A stretch of DNA of 64,000 nt from an uncultured candidate division Zixibacteria bacterium (GCA_963817915.1 CAWFQL010000016.1:224001-288000), one strand, 5' to 3'. Numbered from the stretch's first letter, positions 22,101-33,022 are shown. Translations and numbers: made by a program. Notes: generated by a model not told the origin, from the sequence alone.

Positions 22101-22194
22101 CACTGAAATATAGCCTGGCTGAAATAATGGCAATAATCAGAAACGCGAATAGTCCACCGATTATTCGCAACGATATTCGTATCTCTTTGCGCAC
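19102..22194 (-). CDS. AsmA/YdbH-like envelope-spanning beta-groove protein
   Basis: Single N-terminal TM anchor followed by ~1000 aa of amphipathic beta-strand pattern. Overlaps the DUF1318 gene, as in ydbH-ynbE-ydbL operons. Confidence 0.7.
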   Translation of the reverse strand: MRKEIRISLRIIGGLFAFLIIAIISARLYFSDNRLKTLASETLRKSTASEVQIESLKIDNWLQIKIIGLTLLNSEDSTKWFSVDSIRIKISPNELISKKLKIRYILVDGGLLDYGNIPKSLMAAVPDTSQPKTVELPFRVIMDSCVVSSFAVIGPQADMNLELAISKLNFTNIKNFSFAYEAEGKDGKIHYEQDTIGIECNLDIAASGKFSTVDKSRQNFNISISNIEATFGNKYDIGNVDASLNSTTNINDNSVDIDSMRISLNNSRLISGGGMVQINKNPNVMIVLDPVIWKLEQFSGLIRQSGMPLKLDGAISLDKGLINISTESLVYHLGLELSNLAINYSDTAFVAGLNGSILVDGTNGSANGTIASSVESVRYLLAKDKALKIANLTLEGNGGINDNIVTFDLDGKIADFFGGDMVINAVLEKSNVNFNIAANNLDLSNLSNRLMTNGEMSANGKINMTTSLSGHRDSVAFKSDIAGMGMSIVSGNDTLSLGDRKFDLQGNAMIDKDRIRADANYKLDNVFDGNLSANYPLSKSSKDSISARFYLNIDDAQLPAFFPKNLTEILGPMDISGFTKINGNISSPTDSINPSGAISIVIEPTDVLLEDYKILIRQFTGLSEISLHGLEMSIESHDTVGALYAENYSDIAFENIPISARLDYGSDSIWKLGNLTALIPSLRTSIVCAGEFGSVKDIPFSNIKYSIKRDSPDTSALNSMISIYGALNCDFETDQLGDTLKFGGQFNLDSLGIVGPAGISCSGITGNAPITGTMNMYDSLFVKKPVGSMFPISTYRRDRQGMISEGKFGNITIGSVRAPDINVDNISVDLSFRDGVLMMPLITGNILGGNFVGKSSFDISEINMMREFPNFDRLGYEMSLELASLDFNQLVGSFGPQESSALFSADFSFRGRGLIAPGADYTLDGVFNITEMGPQVANRVLDVIDPQNQNPGVAQTRALLNRKFLKIIDLSYRPKSFSFKIEHGAAYPEIYMDQPFFAEAIPILRIPMPIRYGRIPIKTIIDNLKEAGWQ

Positions 22195-22351
22195 GCATAA
22201 TATTTATCGGTATATTTATGCGATGTCTATAAAAAAGAATGTGGCGAAGAGGAAATCTGCTTGATAAAACATCGGCTTATGACAGCCCCAACAATAGAAA
22301 ATTTTCGCGGGATCCATTAAATTTATTAAAATTGTTCAATCAGACGGAAGT

Positions 22352-25300
22352 TCAGATTGTTTTTGTCTCGGCTGCGGTAAGGATTTCACGAACCTTTTGT
22401 AGCAATTGACTCGTTTTAAATGGTTTTGCGATAAAATTGATCGTGGAATCGAGAGCGCCGTCCTTAATTATGGTCTTGTCGGTATGGCCCGACATAAATA
22501 GCACCTTGATATTGGGGAATGAGACAGAGACGCGATCATAAACTTGTTTGCCATTCATACCGGGCATAATGATATCAGTTATTATAAGCTGAATCGGTGA
22601 ATCATAGCTGCTGCAAATAGCTATTGCCTCGCCGGGGTGAGATGCCTGCAACACCTTATAGCCTGCCTTGGATAATATTCTGAATGCCAGATCTCTGACA
22701 ATATCTTCATCTTCTACCAAAAGTATAGTTTCCGTACCGCCTAAAACCAGGCTCTTATCTTTATCTTTGCTCGATTCATCAAATACCTCTTCCGAGCGTG
22801 GTAGAAATATACTAAATACCGTGCCGACACCCGCTTCGCTCTCGACCATAATCTGTCCGCCGCTCTGTTGTACAATACCATAAACCGTTGATAGCCCAAG
22901 GCCTGTACCTTTGCCGACATCCTTGGTCGTGAAAAATGGTTCGAAGATATGGCTTCGCGTCTTTTCATCCATCCCATATCCGGTATCGCTTACCGATAAC
23001 TTTATATATCTACCCTTGCTAATTTCCACCCCGTATACGGCTGGATTATCATCAAAATTAACATTAGATGTCTCTATTATGAGCTTTCCGCCATGAGGCA
23101 TGGCGTCGCGGGCATTGACGCTCAAATTCATTACGATCTGTTCAACCTGACTGATATCCGCTTTAATATTTCCCAAATCACCGGCTAAATTCAGCTTAAT
23201 ATCTATGTTTTCCCCCATTACCCTTTGCATCATCTTGTTCATATCGACAACTACCGAATTCAGGTTAAGCGTTTTGGGCTGCAGCATCTGGCGACGGCTG
23301 AAGGCGAGGAGTTGACGAGTTAGCGACGCGGCCCTTTCGCCTGCCTTCTTGATTTCCTCAACGTCCTGCTTCATAGGATCAGAATCATCGAGCCGTTCCA
23401 GGGTTAATTCGCTGTAACCATTAATTGCGGTCAGTAGATTATTGAAGTCATGGGCGATTCCGCCGGCCAATTGGCCGATTGCTTCGAGCTTCTGCGAGTG
23501 GCGGAGTTGGTTTTCGAGCGCAACCTCTTGTGTCACATCACGTTTGACCGACACATAGTTGATGATTTTCCCCGCGCCATCGCGAATTGGCGAGATCGTA
23601 GCATCTTCCTCGTATAATTCGCCGGATTTCTTTTTATTAATGATGTGACCCTTCCAGGTTTCGCCTCTTGTAATAGTGTCCCACATCTCTTTATAGAATT
23701 TCGCGTCATGTTTGTTGCTTCTCAAAATCCGTGGGTTTTGGCCGATCGCCTCACTGGATTTGTAACCGGTTATCTCCTCGAACGCGGGATTCACATATTG
23801 GATATTTCCTTGGGCGTCTGAAATAACAATAGCTTCCGCTGACTGTTCAACAGCGGTTCCAAGTCGGCGCAATGTTTCCTGCGCGTTTCTCAATTCGGTA
23901 ATATCTCTCGCGAACACAAAATGATATTCCTGACCGTTAAATTCCTGATAATTGATATTAACTTCGACCGGGATATGGCCGCCATCTTTCTTTCTGAAAT
24001 CGGACTCTGAAATGAAATTGCCGTGTAATTTGATTTTAGTCCATAGGCCCAACCAATTTTGAGGAGTGATAAATGTATCGATATCCATGATAGTCATAGA
24101 CTGCAGTTCGTCCTTTGTGAAGCCAAGCATCGTACTTGCAACTTCATTGACATTGATAAAGTGGCCATCTGGCGCAATCCAAAATATCAAGATATCTGAA
24201 TGATCGATACCATACTGAGTCAGCTTTAAGGCGTCTTCCATCTTTTTCCGTCCGGTTATATCGCGGGCCGCCGCAAAAATGCCAATCACCTGTCCCGCAT
24301 CGTCTCGATAAACCGAGGCGTTATACAAAACCGACATTACGCTTCCACTCTTGTGCCTCAAGTCAAGGGCATAGTCTATAACTTTCTCATCGTGGAATAC
24401 TTGGAGGAATCCCTCTCGCGCCTTTTCAGGATTCGTAAAATAGCCGGAAAAATCGGTTCCGATTAGTTGATTTCGATTAAATCCGGTTGCCTTTTCCGTA
24501 GCGGCATTAACGTCGGTTATCTTGCCGTTTGGTCCGATCGTGAACATCGGATCAAGGCTGGCTTCGATCAGACTGCGGTTATAGACTCCCGCCAAGGCCA
24601 ACGCTTCCTCGGCACGTTTATGATCCGTAATATCCTCTACCATCGCCAGCGTATATGAGTTATTTTTGCTATCCTCATTCAGCATTGCAACTGTCAAATT
24701 AGCCCATATATACTCGCCGTTTCTTTTAACATATCTCTTTCTAATGCTGTAGCTTTTTACGTCGTTGGTGAATATCCGGTGGGCTTTTTCAAGGCTTTCG
24801 TCCATATCTTCAGGGTGAGTTATGTCATTGATCGTCATATTCATTAATTCTTCTTCCGTATACCCTAACATATTACAGAACGATGAATTAACTTTCGTGA
24901 AACGGAGGTCGGAATCTACGATTACAATACCCAATGGCCCGTGCTCAAATATATTCCTATATCTTTCTTCGCTGGCTTTTAACGCATCTTCCGCCCTTTT
25001 CCGTTTGGATATATCCCTGGCGGCGCTAACAAATCCTATAATATTGTTATTATTATCCCTGAGATAAGAAGCTTTTATTTCCGCCCAGATTTTGCTCCCG
25101 TCTTTCCTGATATATTCAAGCTCAATCGTTCTGTATCTAAAGGGATCGCTACTATCAACTTTTTCCAGCTCAAGATCCTCTTTGAATTCCTGATTGAGTT
25201 TATTGAATGATTCGACAGTCAGATACCGATCGACGGTTAGTTCCATCGCTTCTTCGACAGTATAGCCCAGCATATTTTTTATTGAGGGACTTATATAAGT

Positions 25301-27796
25301 GAAACGGAAATTCAAATCCAACGTCCAGATGATGTCCAGTGAATTATCCGCCAATAATCGATATCTTTTTTCGCTCTCGCGCAACGCTTCCTCGGCCAAT
25401 CTGCGTTCAGTAATATCAGCAACAAATCCTTCAAGGGCTATGACAGCGCCATCGTTTGAAAATATACCCTGGCCTTTTTCCCAAACCCATTTCTCAGTAT
25501 TATCCGCCGTAATAATCCTATAAGTAGTTTCGAATGGCTCTTTCTTAATCAAAGCCTCCTGAACATCTTCGAATACGCGCATTTTATCGTCGGGATGAAT
25601 TATATCATTATAGGTGATATTAGATTTGGTGATAAATTCATCCGGCGTATACCCGGTCAATCCGTAACAACCTTCGCTTAAAAATTCCATCGTCCAGTCG
25701 ATATCATTCCGGCAACGATATGCCATGCCGGGGAGATTGCCCATCAGGGTAGTAAGCGCCCTTTGTTTTTCGCGCAATTCATCCGAAACACTTGCCGCAG
25801 TGAGGGAAAGAGCTGCTTCTGTGGAAATAGATTCAAGCTGGTCTGCCTGCTCGGGCCCAAACGCATTGTACTGATAGCTTTGAACACTCAAGACGCCTAC
25901 CAAACGCCCCTGGGTCTTTAATGGGAAATAAGTGAGTGAACATGATGGTCTAGTAGAACCATCAATAATCGGATAATTGCTTTTCTGCAATTTCTGAATC
26001 TCTTCCGGCGTCCTGTGAATTATGACCGGACGGCCCTGAGTCATGACATGATGGAGATTTTCTCCTAATTTATGATAATTGATAACTCGGTTGGTCTCAA
26101 TTATTTTGTCGCCGCTTGCTTCCGTATCAAACCTGTAAAGGATTTCAGATGATTCATTCGGCTCCGGCGAATTTAGGAGCGCGATAAAGCCGGCGTCACA
26201 CGGCATCAATGTAGAGATGAAATCGAAAGTAGTTCTGGCTATTTCAGTTATTTCTGATAACCCCACCAATGCTTCCAAAAAGCTAGCTCGGGCCTTTGCC
26301 GTCTTTTCATCTCTCCTCGGTTCGGATATATCGGTTATACTAATAAGTAGTTTGCGACCCGATTTTCCCGATGCTCCCGAGATGCCGATTATTTCGAAAC
26401 TTAGCGTCTGGATAATATCGCCGGTGCCCGATCTGCACAGCAAATCAATTTCAAATCCGACGGGTTGTTCATATCTTTTATTGAGATACTCCGTAAGCCG
26501 TTGTCTGATTGTACTGCATGTATCCAAATTATGCTGGGATTCCATTGTCGTGGCGTTTTTGATTGATTCGATAATGCTTTTGCCGACCATGGGTTCGCGA
26601 AAAGCATTGAATTTCTTGGTAAAACCGAAATTGACATATTCAATTATAAGCTTATCATTGATGATTGCCAAGGGCGAAGGGATCGATTCGACTATCATTC
26701 TGTTCAATTCGCTCAGGCGTTGGATTTCGGCAGATTTTTGCTTTTCTAATTCAAGCTTTAGGCGCGCCTTAATCGCCCATCTCGACGAGATTCCAAACAG
26801 TACAAATAATACCACGAGGAGCAGAATCATGAACGCCATCAGTAGATAATCTTTGTTTATGGGACTTGAAAGATCATCGCGGTTGCCTACAATCGCCGAG
26901 CTAAAATGACGATTAAGAATATTTATCTCTGTGAACGCAACCAGTTCTATGGTGCCGCCCGCCAAATTATTTTTGTATTCAATTGTCCCGGATTTCTCAT
27001 CCTGAATTCGCTTTCTTACGATATCTTCCATTTCTTCTTCTTCGGGATCTATACCGTTATGCTCCGCCCGATAATCTTCTTCGATTTCTGCCCAGGTTCT
27101 ATAGAGATATTCGGGATTGGGGTGATACAAAATTCTGCCGTTGTCATCGACTATCCATATTTCGCCGCCATTAGAAGCGCCTTCCCGAATGAACGATTGG
27201 GTCCAGAATTCCCTAAGATCAATTCCGGCCATAACTACGCCAATGAAATTCATGGACTTATCATATAGCGGTAAGCTTAAAAGCAGGGCTTTTTCTGTGC
27301 TATCATACGGGCATGTACTTATTCCGGTCAAATAGGCTTTACCAGTAATGCGAGGTTGGATGAAGCCTTCCTGATTCGAAATATCGGTACCCCTTGAACT
27401 GTCATGCCTGGGATATCCAAAGAGGAAATGACCCTTTGAATCGGTCATATAAATATTCTGAATTACGTTATCGTGTGAGGCATAAAATTGCCTTATTTCT
27501 TCCATGGCTTCGGAGGTAGCCTCATTTGCCCTTATTGAATATTTAATATGGGTCAAATCCGAGTAAATATCCTCAAATTTGGCTTCTACCGAATTCTTCA
27601 GATAATGGATTGTTGTCAACTGCTGTTTCTGATATGCATCTATTAAGGCTTTTTCGTTTTGAAGATGCTTCTTATTAACCAAAAATACCAGTACCGGTAT
27701 AATAATGGCCACCAAAACCAATAGTCTTTGATGTTTTATAAAATTCTTAATATAGATTGCGAACTGAGAGAATCTCTTAAAACCTGAATTAAACAA
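22352..27796 (-). CDS. Hybrid sensor kinase: TM-Cache-TM, PAS, GAF, multiple PAS/PAC, HisKA, HATPase, REC
   Basis: Repeated PAC endings 'DITERR/DISKRK/DITDHK/DITGRK', H-box '[15 protein letters not shown]', 'KGTGLGLS', REC '[19 protein letters not shown]'. The start is uncertain (TTG). Confidence 0.9.
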   Translation of the reverse strand: MFNSGFKRFSQFAIYIKNFIKHQRLLVLVAIIIPVLVFLVNKKHLQNEKALIDAYQKQQLTTIHYLKNSVEAKFEDIYSDLTHIKYSIRANEATSEAMEEIRQFYASHDNVIQNIYMTDSKGHFLFGYPRHDSSRGTDISNQEGFIQPRITGKAYLTGISTCPYDSTEKALLLSLPLYDKSMNFIGVVMAGIDLREFWTQSFIREGASNGGEIWIVDDNGRILYHPNPEYLYRTWAEIEEDYRAEHNGIDPEEEEMEDIVRKRIQDEKSGTIEYKNNLAGGTIELVAFTEINILNRHFSSAIVGNRDDLSSPINKDYLLMAFMILLLVVLFVLFGISSRWAIKARLKLELEKQKSAEIQRLSELNRMIVESIPSPLAIINDKLIIEYVNFGFTKKFNAFREPMVGKSIIESIKNATTMESQHNLDTCSTIRQRLTEYLNKRYEQPVGFEIDLLCRSGTGDIIQTLSFEIIGISGASGKSGRKLLISITDISEPRRDEKTAKARASFLEALVGLSEITEIARTTFDFISTLMPCDAGFIALLNSPEPNESSEILYRFDTEASGDKIIETNRVINYHKLGENLHHVMTQGRPVIIHRTPEEIQKLQKSNYPIIDGSTRPSCSLTYFPLKTQGRLVGVLSVQSYQYNAFGPEQADQLESISTEAALSLTAASVSDELREKQRALTTLMGNLPGMAYRCRNDIDWTMEFLSEGCYGLTGYTPDEFITKSNITYNDIIHPDDKMRVFEDVQEALIKKEPFETTYRIITADNTEKWVWEKGQGIFSNDGAVIALEGFVADITERRLAEEALRESEKRYRLLADNSLDIIWTLDLNFRFTYISPSIKNMLGYTVEEAMELTVDRYLTVESFNKLNQEFKEDLELEKVDSSDPFRYRTIELEYIRKDGSKIWAEIKASYLRDNNNNIIGFVSAARDISKRKRAEDALKASEERYRNIFEHGPLGIVIVDSDLRFTKVNSSFCNMLGYTEEELMNMTINDITHPEDMDESLEKAHRIFTNDVKSYSIRKRYVKRNGEYIWANLTVAMLNEDSKNNSYTLAMVEDITDHKRAEEALALAGVYNRSLIEASLDPMFTIGPNGKITDVNAATEKATGFNRNQLIGTDFSGYFTNPEKAREGFLQVFHDEKVIDYALDLRHKSGSVMSVLYNASVYRDDAGQVIGIFAAARDITGRKKMEDALKLTQYGIDHSDILIFWIAPDGHFINVNEVASTMLGFTKDELQSMTIMDIDTFITPQNWLGLWTKIKLHGNFISESDFRKKDGGHIPVEVNINYQEFNGQEYHFVFARDITELRNAQETLRRLGTAVEQSAEAIVISDAQGNIQYVNPAFEEITGYKSSEAIGQNPRILRSNKHDAKFYKEMWDTITRGETWKGHIINKKKSGELYEEDATISPIRDGAGKIINYVSVKRDVTQEVALENQLRHSQKLEAIGQLAGGIAHDFNNLLTAINGYSELTLERLDDSDPMKQDVEEIKKAGERAASLTRQLLAFSRRQMLQPKTLNLNSVVVDMNKMMQRVMGENIDIKLNLAGDLGNIKADISQVEQIVMNLSVNARDAMPHGGKLIIETSNVNFDDNPAVYGVEISKGRYIKLSVSDTGYGMDEKTRSHIFEPFFTTKDVGKGTGLGLSTVYGIVQQSGGQIMVESEAGVGTVFSIFLPRSEEVFDESSKDKDKSLVLGGTETILLVEDEDIVRDLAFRILSKAGYKVLQASHPGEAIAICSSYDSPIQLIITDIIMPGMNGKQVYDRVSVSFPNIKVLFMSGHTDKTIIKDGALDSTINFIAKPFKTSQLLQKVREILTAAETKTI

Positions 27797-27922
27797 AACG
27801 GATTACCCCCCGACAAATAATCACGGACATATTACCTCATCCCGGGCCAATATTTGCTTTCATTCTATTTAAGACGATATGGCCATATTTCATTCGTCAT
27901 ATCCCTATGTATGACATAGTAA

Positions 27923-27949
27923 ATATCGGCATTTGGCGTCGATACTTTA
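27923..27949 (-). promoter_or_regulatory. Sigma28 (FliA/WhiG)-type promoter for the hybrid kinase
   Basis: Minus strand reads TAAA-N15-GCCGATAT; consensus is TAAA-N15-GCCGATAA. Confidence 0.75.
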
Positions 27950-28078
27950 TGATATTGGGACCCCGAAATTCGGTACAATTTCCGGCTGCGGAGTATTGAA
28001 TAAGATATCTTCAGCTTTCTGACTTAATTTGAATTTATATGGCCGTAATGGATGGGGCTGAGCTTATAAAAACGAGGT

Positions 28079-28549
28079 TTAATAGCTGCAGATAGTAATC
28101 ATATTTTTGAGTTCTTTGACTTGATCAAGAGCCTTATGCAGGTCTCGGCCTTTTTGTTTGAGGGTTGTCTCCAATTCCATAATTCTCTCACCGATCTTCA
28201 GGCGCGACTTTAGCTCATTTGAATCGAATGGCCTGAATACGTAGTCATCGGCGCCAGCTTCCAACCCTTCGGCTATATCATCTTTGCGATTCTTTGTGAT
28301 CAACATTAATATATAAATATGGTAATAGGTTTCGTGCTTTCTAATTATTTTGCAGAGCTCCGCGCCGCTCATGTCGGGCTGGCTAACATCTATTATTGCT
28401 AGCCTCGGGTATTCTTTAGACGTTAATATTTCCTTTGCCTCCTTGCCGGAGCAAGCCGCGGCTACTTCGTATCCCCAGTTGGACAAGGTTGCCTCAAGAA
28501 GTTTTCTCGATATTTCATCGGGCTCGGCCACCAATACTTTGAATTTCAT
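28079..28549 (-). CDS. Response regulator (atypical REC + coiled coil)
   Basis: REC fold with altered motifs ('AEPD', 'DVSQP', 'FRPF'), a coiled coil, and the ending 'ITICSY*'. Confidence 0.8.
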   Translation of the reverse strand: MKFKVLVAEPDEISRKLLEATLSNWGYEVAAACSGKEAKEILTSKEYPRLAIIDVSQPDMSGAELCKIIRKHETYYHIYILMLITKNRKDDIAEGLEAGADDYVFRPFDSNELKSRLKIGERIMELETTLKQKGRDLHKALDQVKELKNMITICSY

Positions 28550-28603
28550 ATTTTATCCATGGATCGTAATATTTTTTTAGGATTTCACAAACCTTCAAAT
28601 ATA

Positions 28604-28630
28604 TTATCGACATAATTTCGTGCAGTTTCA
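28604..28630 (-). promoter_or_regulatory. Possible sigma28-type promoter
   Basis: Minus strand reads TGAA-N15-GTCGATAA, ~55 bp upstream of the start at 28549. Confidence 0.5.
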
Positions 28631-28687
28631 ATTTTGCTAATTCATCTGCAGATATTTCCGAAAATATAGATTTTTTATTCAAAACGC

Positions 28688-28715
28688 AAAAGCCCCGAAA
28701 AAGATTCGGAGCCTT
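28688..28715 (-). terminator. Intrinsic terminator after the che operon
   Basis: Minus strand GGCTCCGAA-tcttt-TTCGGGGCT followed by TTTGCGTTTT. Confidence 0.6.
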
Positions 28716-28819
28716 GACAGATATGCAAAATCTATTCGCATCGGCAAAAATCAAGAAGACAATGTGATTATTGCCTTTAATTAATTTTTATCTATTAATA
28801 AAATAGTATTCCTTTCATA

Positions 28820-29335
28820 TTAAACAGTCATGGAGGCCGGATCAGGAGCCTTAACTGCTGTTTCGCCAGTTCTCACTTTCATGCTGATCTCCATCACAAA
28901 ACTGCTGCCTTCCAATTTGAATGGCACGATAACAACCGGTGTGCCGGCCTTATGTGTAATGGTATGGGCATTACCCATGACGACTGTTGGGATTGAGATA
29001 TCGAATGACAGCCTCATTTCGGAATATTCCTTTTTAGCACCGCCGGCAACTATATTAGCCAGCTCGCCTACGATATCGCGAACGTCATCATTAATAGCGG
29101 TCAATGATTCATTCATCATTTTATTATAAATTTTGAGCGCCGTGGCAGTCGGAAAACTCAAAGCCACCGACCCGTAGATATTGCTGGCCGCGAATCCTAT
29201 GATTCCCGAAATATCGCCCTGCGGAATACTATCATTCTTTACCGTAGGCGCCATTCGCTCTGCGGGCATCCCCAACATCGTCTCGATAGCCGCCACAACC
29301 GAATTTATGAAAGGATTGATAAATTTAACGTCCAT
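28820..29335 (-). CDS. cheX: CheY-P phosphatase CheX
   Basis: 'INPF', 'DISGIIG', 'VGELANIVAG', 'FDISIPTVV.G'. Confidence 0.9.
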   Translation of the reverse strand: MDVKFINPFINSVVAAIETMLGMPAERMAPTVKNDSIPQGDISGIIGFAASNIYGSVALSFPTATALKIYNKMMNESLTAINDDVRDIVGELANIVAGGAKKEYSEMRLSFDISIPTVVMGNAHTITHKAGTPVVIVPFKLEGSSFVMEISMKVRTGETAVKAPDPASMTV

Positions 29336-29359
29336 TTTATCCTCCAGCTTCCACCAAGG

Positions 29360-29719
29360 TTATTTTCCAAGTGTGGCTTTAACTTTTTCGACCAGTGTTT
29401 CGGGCGTGAATGGTTTTACTATATAGTTATTAACGCCTTGCTTAAGGGCTTCCATGACCTCGGTTTTGGCTCCTTCTGTTGTAATCATTATTATCGGAAC
29501 CTGCGCCAATTCGTTACGTTTTCTTATTTCTTTTACCAGAGTAAGCCCGTCCATAATCGGCATATTCCAATCTGTAAGCACCAGCTCGACGCCTTCGATA
29601 TTATTAATTGCTTCGGCGCCGTTGCTTGCTTCGACTATCTCGCTAAATCCGGCGGATTTTAGATTTCCTCCGATAATTCTTCGCATAATGGAGGAATCAT
29701 CGACTACCATGATCTTCAT
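29360..29719 (-). CDS. cheY: Chemotaxis response regulator CheY
   Basis: Stand-alone REC 'VVDDS..LTDWNMP..MITTE..NYIVKPFT'. Confidence 0.88.
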   Translation of the reverse strand: MKIMVVDDSSIMRRIIGGNLKSAGFSEIVEASNGAEAINNIEGVELVLTDWNMPIMDGLTLVKEIRKRNELAQVPIIMITTEGAKTEVMEALKQGVNNYIVKPFTPETLVEKVKATLGK

Positions 29720-30225
29720 TAAAAACCTCCCTGCATTGCAACATTATTTTTTCCAGCCATTTGGGGACTGCCTTCCGCCACGAAGGCTGTCAAGACTTGC
29801 CCGCCAACATCAAAGGAGAGAGAAAGTATTTTTTGGGGAACATTAGTCATCGCTCCCTTTCCGATTAGCGGAAGTCCGAGCTCGAAGCTTTTATCATGTG
29901 GCGTATATTCCTTCATAAAGACGCCGGCGATCGTATTCAGGATTTCAGCCAAGGCGTCACCGACAGATTCATCCGTCACATCTTCAGACACTTCTCCGTA
30001 TAACGCTTCGGTGACCAGTCTGGCATATCCGGCAGACACTTCAATACATATTTCACCCGCGAACGGCTGCAGGATTGCGAGCCGAGCCCATAAATTTTCT
30101 TCCGGTATCACAGGAGTAACCATATCGCATCCAAGGAATTCGACTTCCTCAAAAGCCATATCCTCCATCGTCTTCTTCAGAGCAGTCATCAAAGAGGTCT
30201 TAATTAGTTCTGTATTTTCAATCAT
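29719..30225 (-). CDS. CheX/CheC-like phosphatase
   Basis: ExxN motif 'DALAEILNTIAG' and 'FELGLP'. The start at 30225 overlaps the upstream stop. Confidence 0.75.
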   Translation of the reverse strand: MIENTELIKTSLMTALKKTMEDMAFEEVEFLGCDMVTPVIPEENLWARLAILQPFAGEICIEVSAGYARLVTEALYGEVSEDVTDESVGDALAEILNTIAGVFMKEYTPHDKSFELGLPLIGKGAMTNVPQKILSLSFDVGGQVLTAFVAEGSPQMAGKNNVAMQGGF

Positions 30226-30622
30226 TGCCTGCCCCTTTTGATTTATGGGATAATGGTTCAAGGGCTTTGGCCATTTCCTGAGGTGAAATCGGTTTATTCA
30301 ATACGGCGAACGCTCCAAGGCCTTTGAGCTCGGCGGACCTGACATCATTGTTGGCGCTGGTGATCACCAGAATAGGAAGATTGGTCAATGATGGAGTTGC
30401 CTTCATATGCATAAGAAGCGAACGTCCATCCATTTGCGGCATATTCAAGTCGGTAACGAGAAGGTCGACCTTGTTATTTTTGGCCAATTCCAGCGCCTCG
30501 GCGCCGTTTTTGGCATCAAGGAATTTAGCGTCGCTGCAACCGGCGATTTCCAGACATCTCTTTATGATCATCCTGGCAGTGGCAGAATCGTCAGCAACAA
30601 TAATATTTTGAATCATGCCCAT
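30218..30622 (-). CDS. Single-domain response regulator (CheY-like)
   Basis: 'IVADDS..TDLNMPQMDG..ITS..KPI'. Confidence 0.85.
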   Translation of the reverse strand: MGMIQNIIVADDSATARMIIKRCLEIAGCSDAKFLDAKNGAEALELAKNNKVDLLVTDLNMPQMDGRSLLMHMKATPSLTNLPILVITSANNDVRSAELKGLGAFAVLNKPISPQEMAKALEPLSHKSKGAGND

Positions 30623-31494
30623 GCCTCCTCGTCGCCGGCAATAAATTTCTTGGTTTTCGAAAATTCAATTTGGACGGTCAAGAGCACTCGCGCCAAATCA
30701 TCCCTGCCAAATGTCAGGTATCGTTCGTAACCGTCGTCGATTTTGTAAGCCAGAACATCGGCGCCGGTTCCGCTTCCACCCATCATAGAAACTAAATCGG
30801 CAACATGGGTAACAAATATTAGCCCTTTATGCTTATCATCTGAATCTGCCGGTTTATGATGAAACTTTATTGCTTCAGCCAAAGACGCCGGAAGCTTCCA
30901 ATGCATTGCCAATTCATATCCTACGGCAGCGTGATTAGTGCCAATCAGTGTATCCTCGGCCGCCAGGAAATCGTTGGTCTTGCGTTCATCGCACCATTTA
31001 GTCAAAGTTTCGGTATTTCCAACCAAAAATTCGGATATAATCGCTTTCCCGATATCGTGCAGCAGACCGGCGGTGAAGGCCAGGTCCGACGATACGCCTG
31101 TACGCGCAAATTGCGAAATCTCGCGGGCAGCTATAGCTGTTTGCAGAGAATGATTCCATAAATCGCCGGCTCCGCTTTCGTATCCTTGGAGAGGCAGATT
31201 GAAAATCCTCGATGAACACGAACCGACTGCAATACCCGCCACAATCTTTTCACCAAGATGGATAATCGCACGCCCTAAAGTGGTCATGGGATATCCCGGC
31301 GAAAATGCCGCCGAATTTGCGACTCGAAGCACACGCGCTGTCAAATAGGGATCATTCTCGACAATTTTGACTACATCCTTCAGGGAATGATTGTCTTCGC
31401 CCGAAATGGCGAGGAGTCTCGACGCGACAACTGATAGCATCGGAACTTCATTGATTCTTTTTGAAACAGTTTCAAGTACGTTCATAATTCCCAT
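30613..31494 (-). CDS. HDOD domain protein
   Basis: 'DPYLTARVLRVANS', 'LWNHS', 'AFTAGLLHDIGK', 'HAAVG.ELA.HWKLP....AIKFHH'. Confidence 0.9.
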   Translation of the reverse strand: MGIMNVLETVSKRINEVPMLSVVASRLLAISGEDNHSLKDVVKIVENDPYLTARVLRVANSAAFSPGYPMTTLGRAIIHLGEKIVAGIAVGSCSSRIFNLPLQGYESGAGDLWNHSLQTAIAAREISQFARTGVSSDLAFTAGLLHDIGKAIISEFLVGNTETLTKWCDERKTNDFLAAEDTLIGTNHAAVGYELAMHWKLPASLAEAIKFHHKPADSDDKHKGLIFVTHVADLVSMMGGSGTGADVLAYKIDDGYERYLTFGRDDLARVLLTVQIEFSKTKKFIAGDEEAWA

Positions 31495-31967
31495 TCACCC
31501 CTTCCAGGTGAAGACAGCATGACTTTGCCTGTGTCGACGAATACTGTTACGGTTCTGCTGATTGCATCGCCTACGTCTTCCGCAATTGGGCCAAGTTTAT
31601 ATTTCCATAATATTTTTCTCACAGCTAATACATTTCTTTTCCCGATGTTGAATGTATTATTCGGGTCCATTATGCTCGCGCCGCCCGCGAGCTTTACTAT
31701 TACCTTTCCGTTGACATCGCTTCCAAGCTTTTTCATCTCGCTGATCAATAAGGGTATTCCGGTGTCCGCGAACATACCGGGACGTTCGCTAACCCTGCTT
31801 TTATTGATCGACGAATCCGGCAAAGCCACGTGAAGCATTCCTACGACCATTACCCGCGGATCAAGCATTATTACCCCAACACAAGAGCCCAGAGCCATGG
31901 TTTTTACAATTTCGCCACCTGTTTTAGAGGCGGCTAATTCGCCAACACCGACGTATATCGTCCCCAC
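31482..31967 (-). CDS. cheD: Chemoreceptor glutamine deamidase CheD
   Basis: 'LGSCVGV', 'GMLHVALP', 'FADT', 'KLAGGA', 'IGKRN', 'EDVG'. Confidence 0.92.
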   Translation of the reverse strand: MGTIYVGVGELAASKTGGEIVKTMALGSCVGVIMLDPRVMVVGMLHVALPDSSINKSRVSERPGMFADTGIPLLISEMKKLGSDVNGKVIVKLAGGASIMDPNNTFNIGKRNVLAVRKILWKYKLGPIAEDVGDAISRTVTVFVDTGKVMLSSPGRGEWEL

Positions 31968-33022
31968 TATACCTTCTCCGCAAATAAATTCATCACTGTC
32001 GAAGCCATTTTGTCTATTGCCACTACCCTCTCGGCTCCACCTCGTTCAAATGCTTCTTTGGGCATTCCATACACGACCGAGGATGCTTCATCCTGGGCGA
32101 ATGTCCGGGCCCCGGCTTTGCGCATGGCAACCATCCCATCAGCGCCGTCATGCCCCATTCCGGTCAGCATGACTCCAATAGCATTCGATCCAACATATTT
32201 GGCCACTGACTGCATCATGACCTCTACCGATGGTCTATGACCGCAGACTTTATCCCCTTCTTTTATATCGACAAGATAAGTTCCGCCTGATCTGCGCACT
32301 GTCATCTGAAAATCACCCGGAGCTATCAGAACCCTGCCAGCTATAATTCTATCGCCATTTTCGGCTTCCTTTACACTCATTGCGCATTGTTCGTTCAATC
32401 GTTCGGCAAACATCTTGGTAAATCCCGCGGGCATATGCTGCACGATGATCACACCAGGCATATCGGCAGGAAATTGCGTGATTACATTGCGGATTGCTTC
32501 GGTGCCGCCGGTCGATGCTCCAATGGCTACAACTTTATCGGTGGATTCAGCCAACGCATGGGAGCTTAATTTGGATCCTTTTGCGGCTACATGACGCTCT
32601 TTCTTAAATGCGCTTACATTCGCTCCGGCCACCATCTTGACCTTTGAACGCAATTCCTCGAGCATCTCATTTAGTCCGCGAGCCACGTCCGCGCTGGGCT
32701 TGGTTACAAAATCAATGGCTCCCGCTTCCAGCGCTTCCATGGTTATTTGCTTTCCGCGCTGAGTCAAAGCGCTTACCATCAATACCGGCAACGGATATTG
32801 CGGCATCAATTTGCGCAAAAATTCAACACCGTCCATTTTGGGCATTTCGACATCGAGCGTCAAAACATCCGGCTTAAGCTCGACTATTTTATCCCGGGCG
32901 ATATATGGATCCGAGGCCGCCCCAACTACCGAAATCTCCGGGTCCATCGATAAACCACGAGTCAATATTTCCCGAACCATCGCTGAATCATCTACTACCA
33001 GCACTCTGACAGTCTTGCTCAT
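31967..33022 (-). CDS. cheB: Chemotaxis methylesterase CheB (REC + esterase)
   Basis: 'IGASTGGTEA', 'VQHMP', 'HRPSV', 'LTGMGHDGA'. Confidence 0.95.
   Translation of the reverse strand: MSKTVRVLVVDDSAMVREILTRGLSMDPEISVVGAASDPYIARDKIVELKPDVLTLDVEMPKMDGVEFLRKLMPQYPLPVLMVSALTQRGKQITMEALEAGAIDFVTKPSADVARGLNEMLEELRSKVKMVAGANVSAFKKERHVAAKGSKLSSHALAESTDKVVAIGASTGGTEAIRNVITQFPADMPGVIIVQHMPAGFTKMFAERLNEQCAMSVKEAENGDRIIAGRVLIAPGDFQMTVRRSGGTYLVDIKEGDKVCGHRPSVEVMMQSVAKYVGSNAIGVMLTGMGHDGADGMVAMRKAGARTFAQDEASSVVYGMPKEAFERGGAERVVAIDKMASTVMNLFAEKV

Noticed and set aside
22205..22232. Sigma28 promoter for the AsmA-like gene (ACCGATAA)
   Set aside because: Poor -35 element and only ~10 nt from the start codon.
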